Source of the DNA: Chrysomallon squamiferum
Lineage: Eukaryota; Animalia; Mollusca
NCBI GenBank assembly: GCA_012295275.1
Contig: CM022674.1
Location: 12,028,001-12,092,000, forward strand
DNA: 64,000 nt
Reading direction: 5' to 3'
The position numbers and the translations under genes are program-made. Below the pieces are notes generated by a model, which did no database searches, was not told the origin of the DNA, and worked only from the letters and a program-made list of their open reading frames with translations. Positions 1-12,894 of the stretch are shown in pieces (within the stretch, counting starts at the first letter, position 1; each line of letters opens with the position of its first letter).

Positions 1-276
1 TAAAATTTCACAACAAATTATTTTAAACTACTAATGATATGGTTGTACCTGACGTGAAAGAAAGACGGAAGAATGAACGAAAGAATGAAAGAGGAAAAGA
101 AGGAAACCAATTCGTAGCAGTTTACCACCACCACCACAACAACAATAAAACATAATAACAATGATGAAGATAATGATAATAATAATAGAAGTAATAATAA
201 TAATAAAAAGAAGAAGAAGAAAAAGAACAAGAACAACAATAATTAGTAGTAATAGCATTAGTAGTAGTAGTAGTAA

Positions 277-317
<41 letters not shown>

Positions 318-648
318 TTTTAGTGTTAACATAAATTCTTTAAACTTTGATGAAAATCTACTAAATAAATAACTGCGAAATAAACTGATATCAAGCAACA
401 GAAAACGAGAACATATTAACTAATATAGGTATACTAAAACATTTAATGAATCATACCACTTATTAATTGTGAAAAGGATTTCTTTCCGCTAATTAGGGCA
501 GTCAGATGATCAGGTTTGGTTTTCAGTTTTACCCAAACCCATCAATCATCGCCCGTTTACTCATCTGCTTCCGGCAAGTTTTGACATGCGCATCATTTGA
601 CTACGTGTTTTCAGTGGACAAGACGTATCTCTCTCTCTCCAGTTAAAG

Positions 649-673
649 ATGGCGTACTTGTTATTTCTTACTG
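649..673 (+). CDS. Gene 1 exon 1 (MAYLLFLT, signal peptide start)
   Basis: aaagATGGCG start context; G|gtatgt phase-1 donor; joins in frame to exon 2 to complete a hydrophobic signal peptide. Confidence 0.7.
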
Positions 674-1392
674 GTATGTAGCTTTTATTAAATTACATGA
701 TTTTTAAACATTTTTTAATTTTATTGATTTTTTTTAAAATATCTATTATATCATATATAATATATATTTACTATGAGGGATAGTATATTGGAACTGATGA
801 TCTAAAAATGTTAAGTAATATTTTTACACTAAAATGATTCGATGTATCTATGTATGTATGTATGTGTACATATGTTTTGTATGTTAGCATAGATATGTGT
901 ATGACCTATGCACGTGCAAAACAGTACAAACAAGCTTAAACAAACATCAAGAATCTTAAAATAATGTTCGCAGTAGTTATACAGATTGATAACTGGACTA
1001 AGTGACACTGCACAAAGGAGTAAGGATACTCATAGGAGTGGTAACAGCTAGACAAAAAAAATACTAATCAAGTGAAAGTTTTTATATGTGTGTAATTTTA
1101 ATTAAAATTATTAATATCGTTTTAAACTTGTTTCTGTTTCCTTTATTTAATTTTTTTACCAATTGATTTTACGAGCAGAAAAGTAAAGAATATTTCATTC
1201 ATTTACTGACTAAATGATTCTAAATGATTCTGTTATAGTGTGTTTTATTTACCATTTATTAAATAAATAATTAATATTTATTGATACTGATAAAGTGATT
1301 TAATACTGATTTAATATTAAATGAATGCAACATCTGCAATATATATTTTTTGTACATAAGTTCTCTTTTTTGTAATAATAGTTCTTGTAACA

Positions 1393-1461
<69 letters not shown>

Positions 1462-2028
1462 CATACTACTATTACTACTAAAACTAATAATAATAACCGT
1501 AATATATAATTTGTCGTAATCATATCTAGTATTATAATTATAGCTGATTTGTTGTTATTATTGTTGCAGCATGTGTTGCTGTCTCTCTTAACAAAAGTAA
1601 ATTTCCTTCCCTACTCTTCCCAAAGTTAATTACCTACATCATTAGACGCTCCTCCCTAGACCCCGCCCTTTTGTCCCGTGTGCACGGAGTACTTCCTGAT
1701 CATTATGAAACTCTGTCCTAACACTTGCCGCTCTGATCAAAGCACAGCCTCCAGCTGAACGCCATGTTTTCTACACGAAACAACATCAGTCTAAGTAAAT
1801 CAAAAGTTTTGGGTTTGGCAGCGGATACGTACGCTCTAAAGTGACATCATTTATCCTCGGTGTCGTGTTTGACGATGTGTTTGCCCACGGGACACGCAGA
1901 TTAATTCGGTGTTTTAACTGAAAAGCGATGACGTTTATTGATTGCTAATTGATTTAACTTAAGGCGGTTCTAGAGCGATTGTAAACATACAAAGTGTCGT
2001 GCTTAGTACATGAACTGAACGACTTCAG

Positions 2029-2069
<41 letters not shown>

Positions 2070-2757
2070 TAGATAGATAGATTAGCTATTTTAATTATAT
2101 AAATACTCTGTTTAATGAACAAAAGCAATTAAAATGGTCACGTTATTTAAAAAATATATATAAATAATACAATTGCTGGAAGGAGTTTAGATTTGTAAAG
2201 ATGAAAACTTTGTGGTTTTGGAAATACGTAACTATTTTATATATAGAGAGAGATACCGCTCTATTTCTGGTCAGTGCGCGAAAACTAAGAAATATAGGAA
2301 GTCATTATATCTTGTTATATTTTGTATATACAGTGATACATACCTCTGTGTGTCTGTGTGTGCGTGTGTATGCGTGCGTGTGTGTGTGCATGTGTGTGTG
2401 TGTTTGTGTGCATGTGTGTGATATGGCGAATATTATTCTGTTTAATATTGATACGCTTGTAACATTAGAAACATTAGGAATATTAATAAAGGAAAATAAG
2501 TACAGCAATTGCAATGTTATTTTTATTATGATTTTGATGCTAACAGTAAAAAGAACAAAAACAATAGCATAGAATAATAATAATAGTAATAATAATAAAT
2601 AGGAAAAATAATTTCAAATTTCATAATATAAAAAGCTTTATTTTCTATTACATATAGTTAATTTTCTTCGTCGTCGTCCTATTATTATCATCATAATCAT
2701 CATCATTATTCTTATTATTAAATCACTATTATCATGATCATCATTGTTATTGTTATG

Positions 2758-2801
<44 letters not shown>

Positions 2802-3234
2802 CATCATCATCATCTTTTCTATTATTACATCAACGTCATCATTATTGTTATAATTGTTGTTGTTGTTGTTATTGCTATTATTATTATTATAATTTGTTTA
2901 ATTATTAGTTGCTGTAAGTATCGTCACGACGTCGTTGTCCCAGCTACAACCACAGCAACCTCAGCAGGGTGGAAGCAGGCAGTGTATGCAGAATTTCGAC
3001 CAGAATCTCAGTCCAAGATGCTTTGAACCCGCGGGTCTCAATTTCCAGGGAGTTTTGTTTCTTATCACTCAAAATGTGACAGGCACGCTACCTGCCGGGG
3101 AAACAGTCATGTCCTACAGACAGAAAGTTTGTCAGTAAGCACACGTCTTTAATTTTATTAACTTAGTATTGTTTTTATTGCCATTCTTACTGTTTGTTTA
3201 TTTGTTTGTTAGTTTGATTGTTTATTTATTTATT

Positions 3235-3280
<46 letters not shown>

Positions 3281-3852
3281 GCTACTTTGTTTGTTTGTTT
3301 GGTTATTTAATTTGTTTACTAAAGTATTTATTTATTTGTTTCTTTGTTTGTTTGTTTGTTTCTCTCTTTCTTTCTTTCTTTCTTTCTTTTTTTTTTTTAG
3401 GGTTTTTCTGTATTACATATATTTATTTATCTATTTATTACAGATTGATAATTAGTTATTTACTTTATTTGCTGTATATATTTATTAATTTGCTTTCAAA
3501 CAGGAGTATTTACCTGTTTATTAATGAATTTAATTGTTTGTTTATTTCTTTCTTATTTAGGTTTATTTATTACATATATGTATTATTTAATGTATTTATT
3601 TTTATTTACTTAAAAACAAGATATTTATATCTGCCTAGTTCTTTCGTAGCCAGTGACGTTTGTTGTAGACGATGTTCTCTGTGTGTTTCAGACAACAACA
3701 AATAGATCAGATTGTTCCCTGTGTTCTGCAGTTTGCCTTCGCGTTCCGTAACCAGACTTGTTCAACCAACGAGGTTCAGATGATCCAAACCAGCGGGGGG
3801 CAACTCGCTGGCATGCTGGAGAGCATGTGTATGGACCGTAAGTGATATTTGT

Positions 3853-3889
<37 letters not shown>

Positions 3890-3898
3890 TTTATTTAT

Positions 3899-3937
<39 letters not shown>

Positions 3938-4039
3938 TATTAATTTTTTATTTGTATATTTAAGGTTTTATATTTATTTTAATTTATAATATATATGTGT
4001 GTGTGTGTGTGTGTGTGCATGTGTTTGTATCTGTGTGTA

Positions 4040-4080
<41 letters not shown>

Positions 4081-4292
4081 CAGCTGGTTACTTCATTTGT
4101 TTATTTAATTATTTAAATTTAATTTAATTCAGTTTAATTTAATTTAATTTAATTTAATTTAATTTAATTTAATTTTTATTTTATTTATTTATTTATTTAT
4201 TTATTTATATGTTTGTTTGTTCATCTATTATTTTCCAATATAGTTATAGAAAGCTTATTAAACTTTAGATGTATTTATTATCATTATTATTA

Positions 4293-4344
<52 letters not shown>

Positions 4345-4629
4345 TGATTTACTGACTTGTTTGTAGCGTGTGCGAGAGCCGCTATCCCGGGGGCGGGGCA
4401 GTGTCTGGTGTCTGCGTCTGTCGACCCTCAGAGAATCCTCAACACAACAATGACACGTGACAAATTTTCCTTCGTTGGACTAACACAGCAAGAAGTTACT
4501 CAGTTTTGCAGGTGAGACGAGTTTAATACGTTTTAATATGTTACAGGTTTATATACAAACCTGAGAAATATAAAAAATACTATTTTGTATTACTGTTATT
4601 ATTATTATGCATGGTTATTATTATTATTA

Positions 4630-4660
<31 letters not shown>

Positions 4661-5190
4661 GTGATATGTATTTAATATGTATTTAATATTTAAAATACTT
4701 AATTAATTTATTTAATTATAAGTTTATTTATTTATTTATTTATTTATTTATTCCGTACGTTTGTTTGTTGCCTTGTTTCATTCGTTTATTTATTTCTGTA
4801 CTCACCAGAGTAATGAACATTTAATAATTTGCTATTTAATAATTTACTATTTAATAATTTACTATTTAATAATTTACTATCTAATAATTTGCTATTTAAT
4901 AATTTGCTATTTAATAATTTACTATTTAATAATTTGCTATTTAATAATTTGCTATTTAATAATTTACTATTTAATAATTTGCTATTTAATAATTTGCTAT
5001 TTAATAATTTACTATTTAATGTCGCTGTTTTTCTGTAGCGTGCGGACAAAGGTGTTCGCGTGTTTAAAACAAGTAATTCAGCCGTGTGCGGCTGCGCAGA
5101 GAACACTGAACGAGATGGGATTCGACGTGGTTGCCATGGAGAAATCAGCAGAATTCCTCTGCAGTCAGCAGAAAAGTAATTCAGCAAGAG

Positions 5191-5277
<87 letters not shown>

Positions 5278-5278
5278 G

Positions 5279-5336
<58 letters not shown>

Positions 5337-5575
5337 GACACAGACACACACACACACAAGTATACATGTATGTAAAATGTATAAAATATTCCGAAATGAA
5401 AGCTAAACCATGTCTGCTAAGTTAGTGATCTAGAAATGCATTTTTATATATATATATAATGTGTATTGATTTGTATTTTCTATAGTAAAAATAGAAACTA
5501 ACAATACAGTACCTATAAATGTGTGTGTGTGTGTGTATACCTGTGTGTATGTACAAGAGAGGAAAATACATATTG

Positions 5576-5606
<31 letters not shown>

Positions 5607-5899
5607 TTAGATTATATCGGAGCCCTGCAATGTTTTGCTCAGCCTAATCCACAAGTGGTTGCCTGTGGCAACCAGACTAATCAAGTTCTTCGCCAGCTTC
5701 TGTTTCTGAGATACAGCGCCGGGCAGATAAAACCATCTGACTTCATAACACGTCTTTGTGGGTACGTGTGTCCGTTCATCTGTGTTCCTGTGGTCAAGTT
5801 TTTGTTTTTGTCATTATTATAATTGTTGTTGTTTTTCGTGTTTTTCTTGCTCTTCTTCTTCTTCTTCTTCTTCTTCTTATTATTATTATTATTATTATT

Positions 5900-5932
<33 letters not shown>

Positions 5933-6605
5933 GCTTTTTTGGTTTCATTTTGTTCGACATCACCATCATCAATACCTTCTTTTTTTATTCTTCTAATTAA
6001 ATCTATCCTTTTTAATTATTATTCAACAGCTGTAGTATTAGTAATAGCAGTAGTGGTAGCAGCAGCAACAGTAGCAAGTGCAGTAGTATTAGTAGTTGCG
6101 GTAGTAACAACAGCTGCAGCACCAGTAGCAGCAGTAAGAGTTTTGGTAGTTTAGTATTATAATTGATATATTCATTTATTCTAGATTACGACTGAATCAG
6201 GTGGACTGTGAACTGAGAGCCTACAGTCAAACCTGCGCCCAGACGACAGCCATGAGAAATCAGCTGGAGTGTACAATTCTGCCAGAACCTTGTAAAACGA
6301 ACCCGCAGTTTCAGGCCGGACTCTCCCAGCTTTGTCGCGTTACGAATCAGACACCCAAGGGCGGCTCGCCTGGCTCGCCTGCAACGTCCGGCTCGCCCAG
6401 CTCGCCTGGTTCTCCGAGCAGTCCGAACTCTCCCAGTTCGCCAAACTCGTCAAACTCGCCCGGTCCTGCAAACCAGCCAAACCAGCCCACGGTATCAAGA
6501 ACAACCCCTGCTCCTACTTACAAGAGCCCGAGTTCTGGAACCAGTCAGATAGCTGTGACAGCTTCTTTACTCTTACTTGTTTTATCCGTCGCTCAGCTTT
6601 TGTAG
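649..6605 (+). CDS. Gene 1: 7-exon, 416-aa secreted, probably GPI-anchored Cys-rich protein (signal peptide, three Cys-rich modules, Ser/Pro/Thr stalk, hydrophobic C-terminus); uncharacterized
   Basis: Exons 649-673, 2909-3134, 3692-3837, 4367-4511, 5039-5175, 5611-5761, 6185-6605. All have GT-AG boundaries, intron phases are 1-2-1-2-1-2, and the 1251 nt total is open to TAG. N-term MAYLLFLTVAVSIVTTSLSQ; C-term SSGTSQIAVTASLLLLVLSVAQLL*; 20 Cys. Exons are GC-rich islands in AT-rich introns. Confidence 0.88.
2909..3134 (+). CDS. Gene 1 exon 2 (module 1, A half)
   Basis: ttag|tt...tgt ca|gtaagc; encodes ...RQCMQNFDQNLSPRCFEP...GTLPAGETVMSYRQKVC. Confidence 0.9.
3692..3837 (+). CDS. Gene 1 exon 3 (module 1, B half)
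   Basis: tttcag|a...gac c|gtaagt; QQQIDQIVPCVLQFAFAFRNQTCSTNEVQMIQTSGGQLAGMLESMCMD. Confidence 0.88.
4367..4511 (+). CDS. Gene 1 exon 4 (module 2, A half)
   Basis: ttgtag|cg...tgc ag|gtgaga; PCARAAIPGAGQCLVSAS...QQEVTQFC. Confidence 0.88.
4819..5020. repeat. 15-bp minisatellite (TATTTAATAATTTRC)n, ~13 copies, abutting the exon 5 acceptor
   Basis: Directly visible tandem unit with A/G variants; source of the spurious YLIIY/LLNSK ORFs. Confidence 0.9.
5039..5175 (+). CDS. Gene 1 exon 5 (module 2, B half)
   Basis: ctgtag|c...aaa a|gtaatt; SVRTKVFACLKQVIQPCAAAQRTLNEMGFDVVAMEKSAEFLCSQQK. Confidence 0.88.
5611..5761 (+). CDS. Gene 1 exon 6 (module 3, A half)
   Basis: ttttag|at...tgt gg|gtacgt; NYIGALQCFAQPNPQVVACGNQTNQVLRQLL...FITRLC. 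Confidence 0.88.
6185..6605 (+). CDS. Gene 1 exon 7 (module 3 B half, xSP stalk, GPI-type signal)
   Basis: ctag|a tta cga...; in frame with ORF 6201..6605; ends in a hydrophobic stretch with no cytoplasmic tail. Confidence 0.9.
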
Positions 6606-6727
6606 AGGCTTCTTGAAAATGAAAATGATTTTGTAGTGACTGTGGGGTTTATTAGTTGTTGTTGTTGAGTTATTATTATCATTATCATTATTATTTTAAT
6701 TATTATTATTATTGATTATTATTGTTA

Positions 6728-6790
<63 letters not shown>

Positions 6791-7546
6791 TCTGTTACAC
6801 TGACAGGTATTTTGTAAAAAATATTCCTTTTTTTTTTTTTTTTTTTCTTTTTTTTTATTTGTTATTTAATTATTTATTTTTATTTATTATACTATAGAAA
6901 AGTGATAGAAAAGTGAGGTTTAAATTTTTAAATTTTTATTTATTTTATTTTAAATTGTTTTAATTGTAATATTTCCTTTCTGCAAAGTGCCTGTATTTTG
7001 TAACATTGTAATGAATGCTTTAACAAAATAAGAAAGAAAAACAAATATTTTTTCAAGAAAATCTACAAACTAGCAGTTTATTTCTTTTAGATAAACTCGT
7101 GTGTAGAGTTTTCTTTTTAATTTTTTCTTTATTATCATTATTATTTTTTCATTTATTTATTTATTTTTATTTACTATTATTATTCTTATTATTTATTCAT
7201 TTAAATATGTAAATAAGAACATTGGCTGTGACGCTCATTTACGTGTCTTTAGTTTTCTTTTCTTTATTCATTATATTTATTACTATTTACTTTATTTTAG
7301 TTACCGTTATTTCATTTATTTTTCACCGTAAATGTTTTAAGTTCGTTTTATGATGCGTTTATACTTGTATATTTGCTTAATTTCTTATTATTTTTTAACT
7401 GTCTTATTTATTTATTTATTTTTATTTATTTATTTATTTATTTTATTATAGGGTCAAATTAATTTATATTTTCTTTTCTAGCATAAATCTATAATATTTT
7501 GAATGTTATTATAATTTCATGTGTAAAGTTTTTGTTATTATTAATA

Positions 7547-7622
<76 letters not shown>

Positions 7623-7742
7623 TATGTGGATGTATGTTAAATTTATTGTTTAAAAAGCTTATCTTATTTTTGTGATGTCAAACTGTAAGTAAATTAAATA
7701 TCTCTAATAATATTACCACTGTGCTGGTTTTGTTTTCGTTAT

Positions 7743-7781
<39 letters not shown>

Positions 7782-8542
7782 CACTACTACTACTGTTATT
7801 ATTATTGTTTTTGTTGATGTTGTGGTGTTATTATTGTGATGATCATTACTTACTTAATACTACTACTACCTCTACTATAAGACGATAAATAAGGCAAATA
7901 AAAATAAATATCCAGATATAGAAGAATATATAAAGAATAACTGATTACTGTCTTCAGATATGAGCTTTATCCTGCGAAGGTTAGAAGGCTGAAATCCAAG
8001 ACAAATCTAATACTGTAAGCAGGTGTGTCTTTCATTCTGCAGTCCTAAGTAAAAAGAACAACTGAATAAAGTTAAATATTTTGCTTCTCAATGCACCGCT
8101 TTCTCCAGGGATACGGTCACGTGACTGTTTTCGTTATCGACTGTACATAAACAACAAAATAGTTCTTACAAAACAACAGTTCTTTTTCTTTTTCTTTTTA
8201 AATTTTTATTTAAGATTCGTCTTTTAAGATCTAAACTAGCAATTAAACGCTAAATAAGTAACTTTGAAAACAATATTTAATATGTAAATAACAATAAAGT
8301 TACTGAAGGAGATAAAATTTCGTACCGAAATATCTACATTTATGGATATTTATATAGTCATTATATTTTGTTATTACTGTCTATCTGTCTACCGATCTAT
8401 CTATCTATCTATAAAAGTATATATTAAAATATATATTAAAAATGTAATTGCGACAGATACCATTGGCTTACGTATTTGTATCTAAAATTAAGGTCTATTG
8501 ACGTCGTTTTAATGACGTCATCATACCACTCGTCTGCTTAGC

Positions 8543-9818
8543 ATGAATGGCTGCACGGTATATTCAGATCATGTGGGTAAACAGCAAAGGATATATGGAA
8601 TTACAAGTATTTGTTTCAATTATTTCAGTTTTATTGTATTATTCGCTGTATTTAGTTCTTAAACAAATCAAGTTTCTATTCGTCGTATTTGCAAATCCAA
8701 ATTATGTAGTATGCTATGAGTAGCATGGACAAATGATTTTTAAAAATAATAATAGGAAACTCATTGTTTGCATATATAATAGCACATGTTTTAGAAGTTG
8801 AATGCATTTTGTTTTAACGAAAAAGAGCGAAAATTTTATTTTTGATAAAAAAAAAACAATATGACGGACCTTTATTTTATTTTTTAATTTTCTGTTGTAA
8901 AAATGATTCAAGCGTTATAATGAATGTAATTAGGCAATCATTCAAATAACACGTGATGAATTTTCTGTTTACATGTAAATACGACCTCTAATGAATTGAA
9001 AATGGATATATATATATATATATATATTAAAGAATTATAATAGTTTCAAGTATCGTTTTTACAACTACGTACTCAAAACTGTCTGCTATGCAGTTTTAGC
9101 AGAGTAATGTGTCCTCATTATGGTACCTAATGAGAACAGTCTGTGAATTTATTTTTTATTTTTTTATTTTATTATTATTTTATTATTGTTTTCTTTTTTG
9201 TTATGACGTCAAAATTAAAAAAAAAAAAAAAAAAAAAAAAACATTCGATCTTTGCAGTAATTTCTACTCAGTAATAGACATCTATGTGTAGGAGGCATTG
9301 ATTAAATGACATATTTCCCCCAAATACTTTTAATAATCCATGTAGAATTGATTGCATTATGAAGGCATACGTATTTAGAAGTTTGTAAACATTAATCGGC
9401 GTTCGACGCTTCCATCTTGGATTTCGATCGGTAGTTTCCGTGAGCTCACGGAAATGTTTAAACTTCCAAATTAAATTATTTTGCGTCCATTTTTCAGAAT
9501 TTTTTATGATGTTACGCGCCTTTTCTAACTACTTTCTTACTGGATTATTTTTGTGTAAATGGTTGCATAATAAACTGAAAAGATAAATCGAAATAAGATT
9601 AATGTATTAACTTTTGTAGCTGTCAATGTCCCTCCTGCCAGAATCCAGTAGAAAAGAACATTTAGGGGTTGTCTGTACCCATTAAATCGGCGAAATTTCT
9701 TGAGGCTTTTTCCCTGACGTAATTTGTGCCTTTACGAGTTATCGCTCCTGTTGGTCCATGCTATTATGAGTAAAGGAACAAAAGCATTTTTACACATTAA
9801 ATACCTTATATATAAATA

Positions 9819-9862
<44 letters not shown>

Positions 9863-11086
9863 TATATATATATGTATGTATGTATGTGTGTTTATATATA
9901 TTTATACATACATACATACATACATACATACACATATATATATAAAATAAAATAAAATAACCAAAAGCCAGTTTTTGGTAGATAAATAAATAAAATAAAT
10001 TAGACGATAATTTTCTGAAATTAAGCCAAGGTAATGACCATTCTCAAGGGGAAAGAATCTCCGATGTCATTTCAGAAATTAAACATATAATATGGATACT
10101 TTCAGAAAAGTCACATACCAAAGACAATTTCAGAACTTAAACCTATTTTACTTCTTTCTTGACCTGTTAGGGAACAGAAACACAACATTTGATAATAATA
10201 AAAAAAAAAAATCAATGGTAATTAAAAACTAATAATAATAAAATAGAAATAAAAATATATACACTAGTTTTGATGGCACGTCTAGTGACAAAACTGATTC
10301 GATTAAAAAAAAAAAAAAAAAAAAAAGAAGAAGAACAAGAAGAAAAATAAGATAGAAACCGAATTATTCTTATTTATTAGTTTAATTCTTTCTTTGTACA
10401 CTATTTATCATTAATAACCGAAAACGACGAAAGAATGTGAGTTATAAAATAATTATCCGCTGTAGTTTTTATACCATCATAGAACTGTGAGCTCATATTC
10501 TGGATGATTGACCTTCAAATATTAGAACTGTAGAAAATGGCGAAGACCAGCTATTAAATTATTTTACAGTTTTGTTGCTAAATATTATTAATTAAGGCTG
10601 GCTAAGAGGAGGGGTTAATGAAATGTAATTAATAAATAAGTGAATAAACAGATAAATAATATTGGAATATGCTAAATACGTTTGCTCTGTCTCTTAATGT
10701 TCCCAAGTAAAATGTATTTGTTAATTTATTTATTTTAATTATATTTATTGATTTATTCATTCAATCATTTATATTTATATTTATTTAATTTATTTATGTA
10801 TTTATATATTTATTTATTTACTGATCAGTTATAACACTTGTGGTCATCGTAGCATACTCAGGGGGTGAGAAGTCTTGTTTGGAAATGCTGGATGATGGAT
10901 TAACAGAATGTACAACGAGACAAAACGTCAGAACAGAATCACTGAATTATCTCATTTCTCGCGGTCTCAGAGGGTCTCTTCCACCAAACGAAACTTTGAA
11001 AACACTGAAGAAAGCTTTCTGCACGTGAGTCATTCGGGCATTTTCTCACCGCGTGCATGCTGCTGCTGCTGCTCTGTGTGTGTCGC

Positions 11087-11147
<61 letters not shown>

Positions 11148-11863
11148 GTGTGTGTTTAGGTAAAATTCTGTTGTCTGATTATACTGCACACAGACAATAT
11201 TAACCAATATTAACTAATGCACAACATGGGAGGACAACGACTAATCACGTCATCACCAACGTCATATGCCGCTGTCCAGACTCAGAGTTATATAACGTAC
11301 TTTTATGTATGTATGTAGGTCTGTGTGTCTGTGTGTGTGTATATATATATGTATGTATTTATGTATGTTTGTATGTATATTTATGACTGTCTCTCTATAT
11401 ATGTATGTGTATGTAACTGAATATATGAAACAACATCTTATGTATGTGTGGATTGATCAACATATCTATGTACGTAGTTTTATACAAAAATGTATATATG
11501 TGTGTATTACGCTGATATAAATGTGTGTTTTTAGAGAAGATGTGATTAGATCGTTGCGGAACTGTTTCCTGGACGCTGTGACGTCTTTGAAAGGGGATAA
11601 AAGTTGTCAAACATCGGACAAGCCTAAACTGAAAACTAGAATGACTGTTAAAATTGAGAATATTAAAATCGGCTGCTCCTCTGGTAATTAATTAAGTGAA
11701 CACACAAATTTCTATATACAGTGGTACCTTGACTTTCGAGTTTAATTCGTTCCATGACCAAGCTTGTTTCTCAATTTGCTCTTATATCAAATCAATTTTG
11801 CCAACTGAAATTAGTTAAAATACCATTAATCCGTTCCAGCCCCCCAAAAGCTACACCATTTTC

Positions 11864-11903
<40 letters not shown>

Positions 11904-12312
11904 TTTTTTTTTTTTTTTTTTTGTAATGTTTTGCTAAATAAAAAAAAAAAACTAAGGCAAAATACTGTACAAATCACGAGAGCAACACAACAGAGATGTT
12001 TCCGCGGCGAGGTAACCTCGTGAAGTAAACAAGTGAGACGCGGGATACTGGCCGGATGTTATGTTGTTCGTTGTGCCAATTAGCGGCGGCGAATCTGAAA
12101 CTCCCTCGTAACTCAGATTTTTGCTCGCAACACAAAGCAACAAATCGACCGTCGAGGTACCACTGTAGTTCCTAGAACGACGTACTGTCAGTACTTTAAT
12201 AAGATGTATTACAAAAAAAAAAAATAAATAAATAAATAAATAAAATGTAAATCAATAAGTAAAAACAATAAAATAAAATAAAATAAACAATAACAAAAAA
12301 TAATTAAATAAA

Positions 12313-12355
<43 letters not shown>

Positions 12356-12811
12356 CAACAACAACAACAACAACAACAATAACAATTAAATAAATGAAAT
12401 AAATAAATAAACAAAACAAAGTTTCTTTTAATCTTCTGTTTCACTTTCTAATTCTTTCTATTTTTCTTTTCTCTCGCAGTTGATGGAACATGGAGTGAGT
12501 GGTCGGTAAAGCAAGTGGGCGAATGCAATGGCACGTGCGGTGTTGGGCTTGTGCCGGTATTCAAATCTCGAACGTGTAACGTACTTTCTAACACAGGGAA
12601 AGTATTAAAACTATGCATTGGAGAAATGAAAGAGAGCGATTTCGACTTCTGTGATACAGGAGTACCTTGCACTGGTAAACAATTGTTTGTTGTTTTAAGA
12701 AGAAAAAAAACACGTTAGTTAAATCGAAAGGGAGAAAGAGAGATGGACTGACAACGATATATATGTGATAGATAGATAAAGACAGACAACTAGACTTACA
12801 GTGAGAATGTG

Positions 12812-12894
<83 letters not shown>

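Noticed and set aside
6332-6616. Overlapping 94-aa ORF in gene 1 last exon
   Set aside because: Alternative frame of a GC-rich coding repeat; no independent support.
10538-10558. ATGGCGAAG as the gene 2 start
   Set aside because: Stops after six codons with no suitable splice donor.
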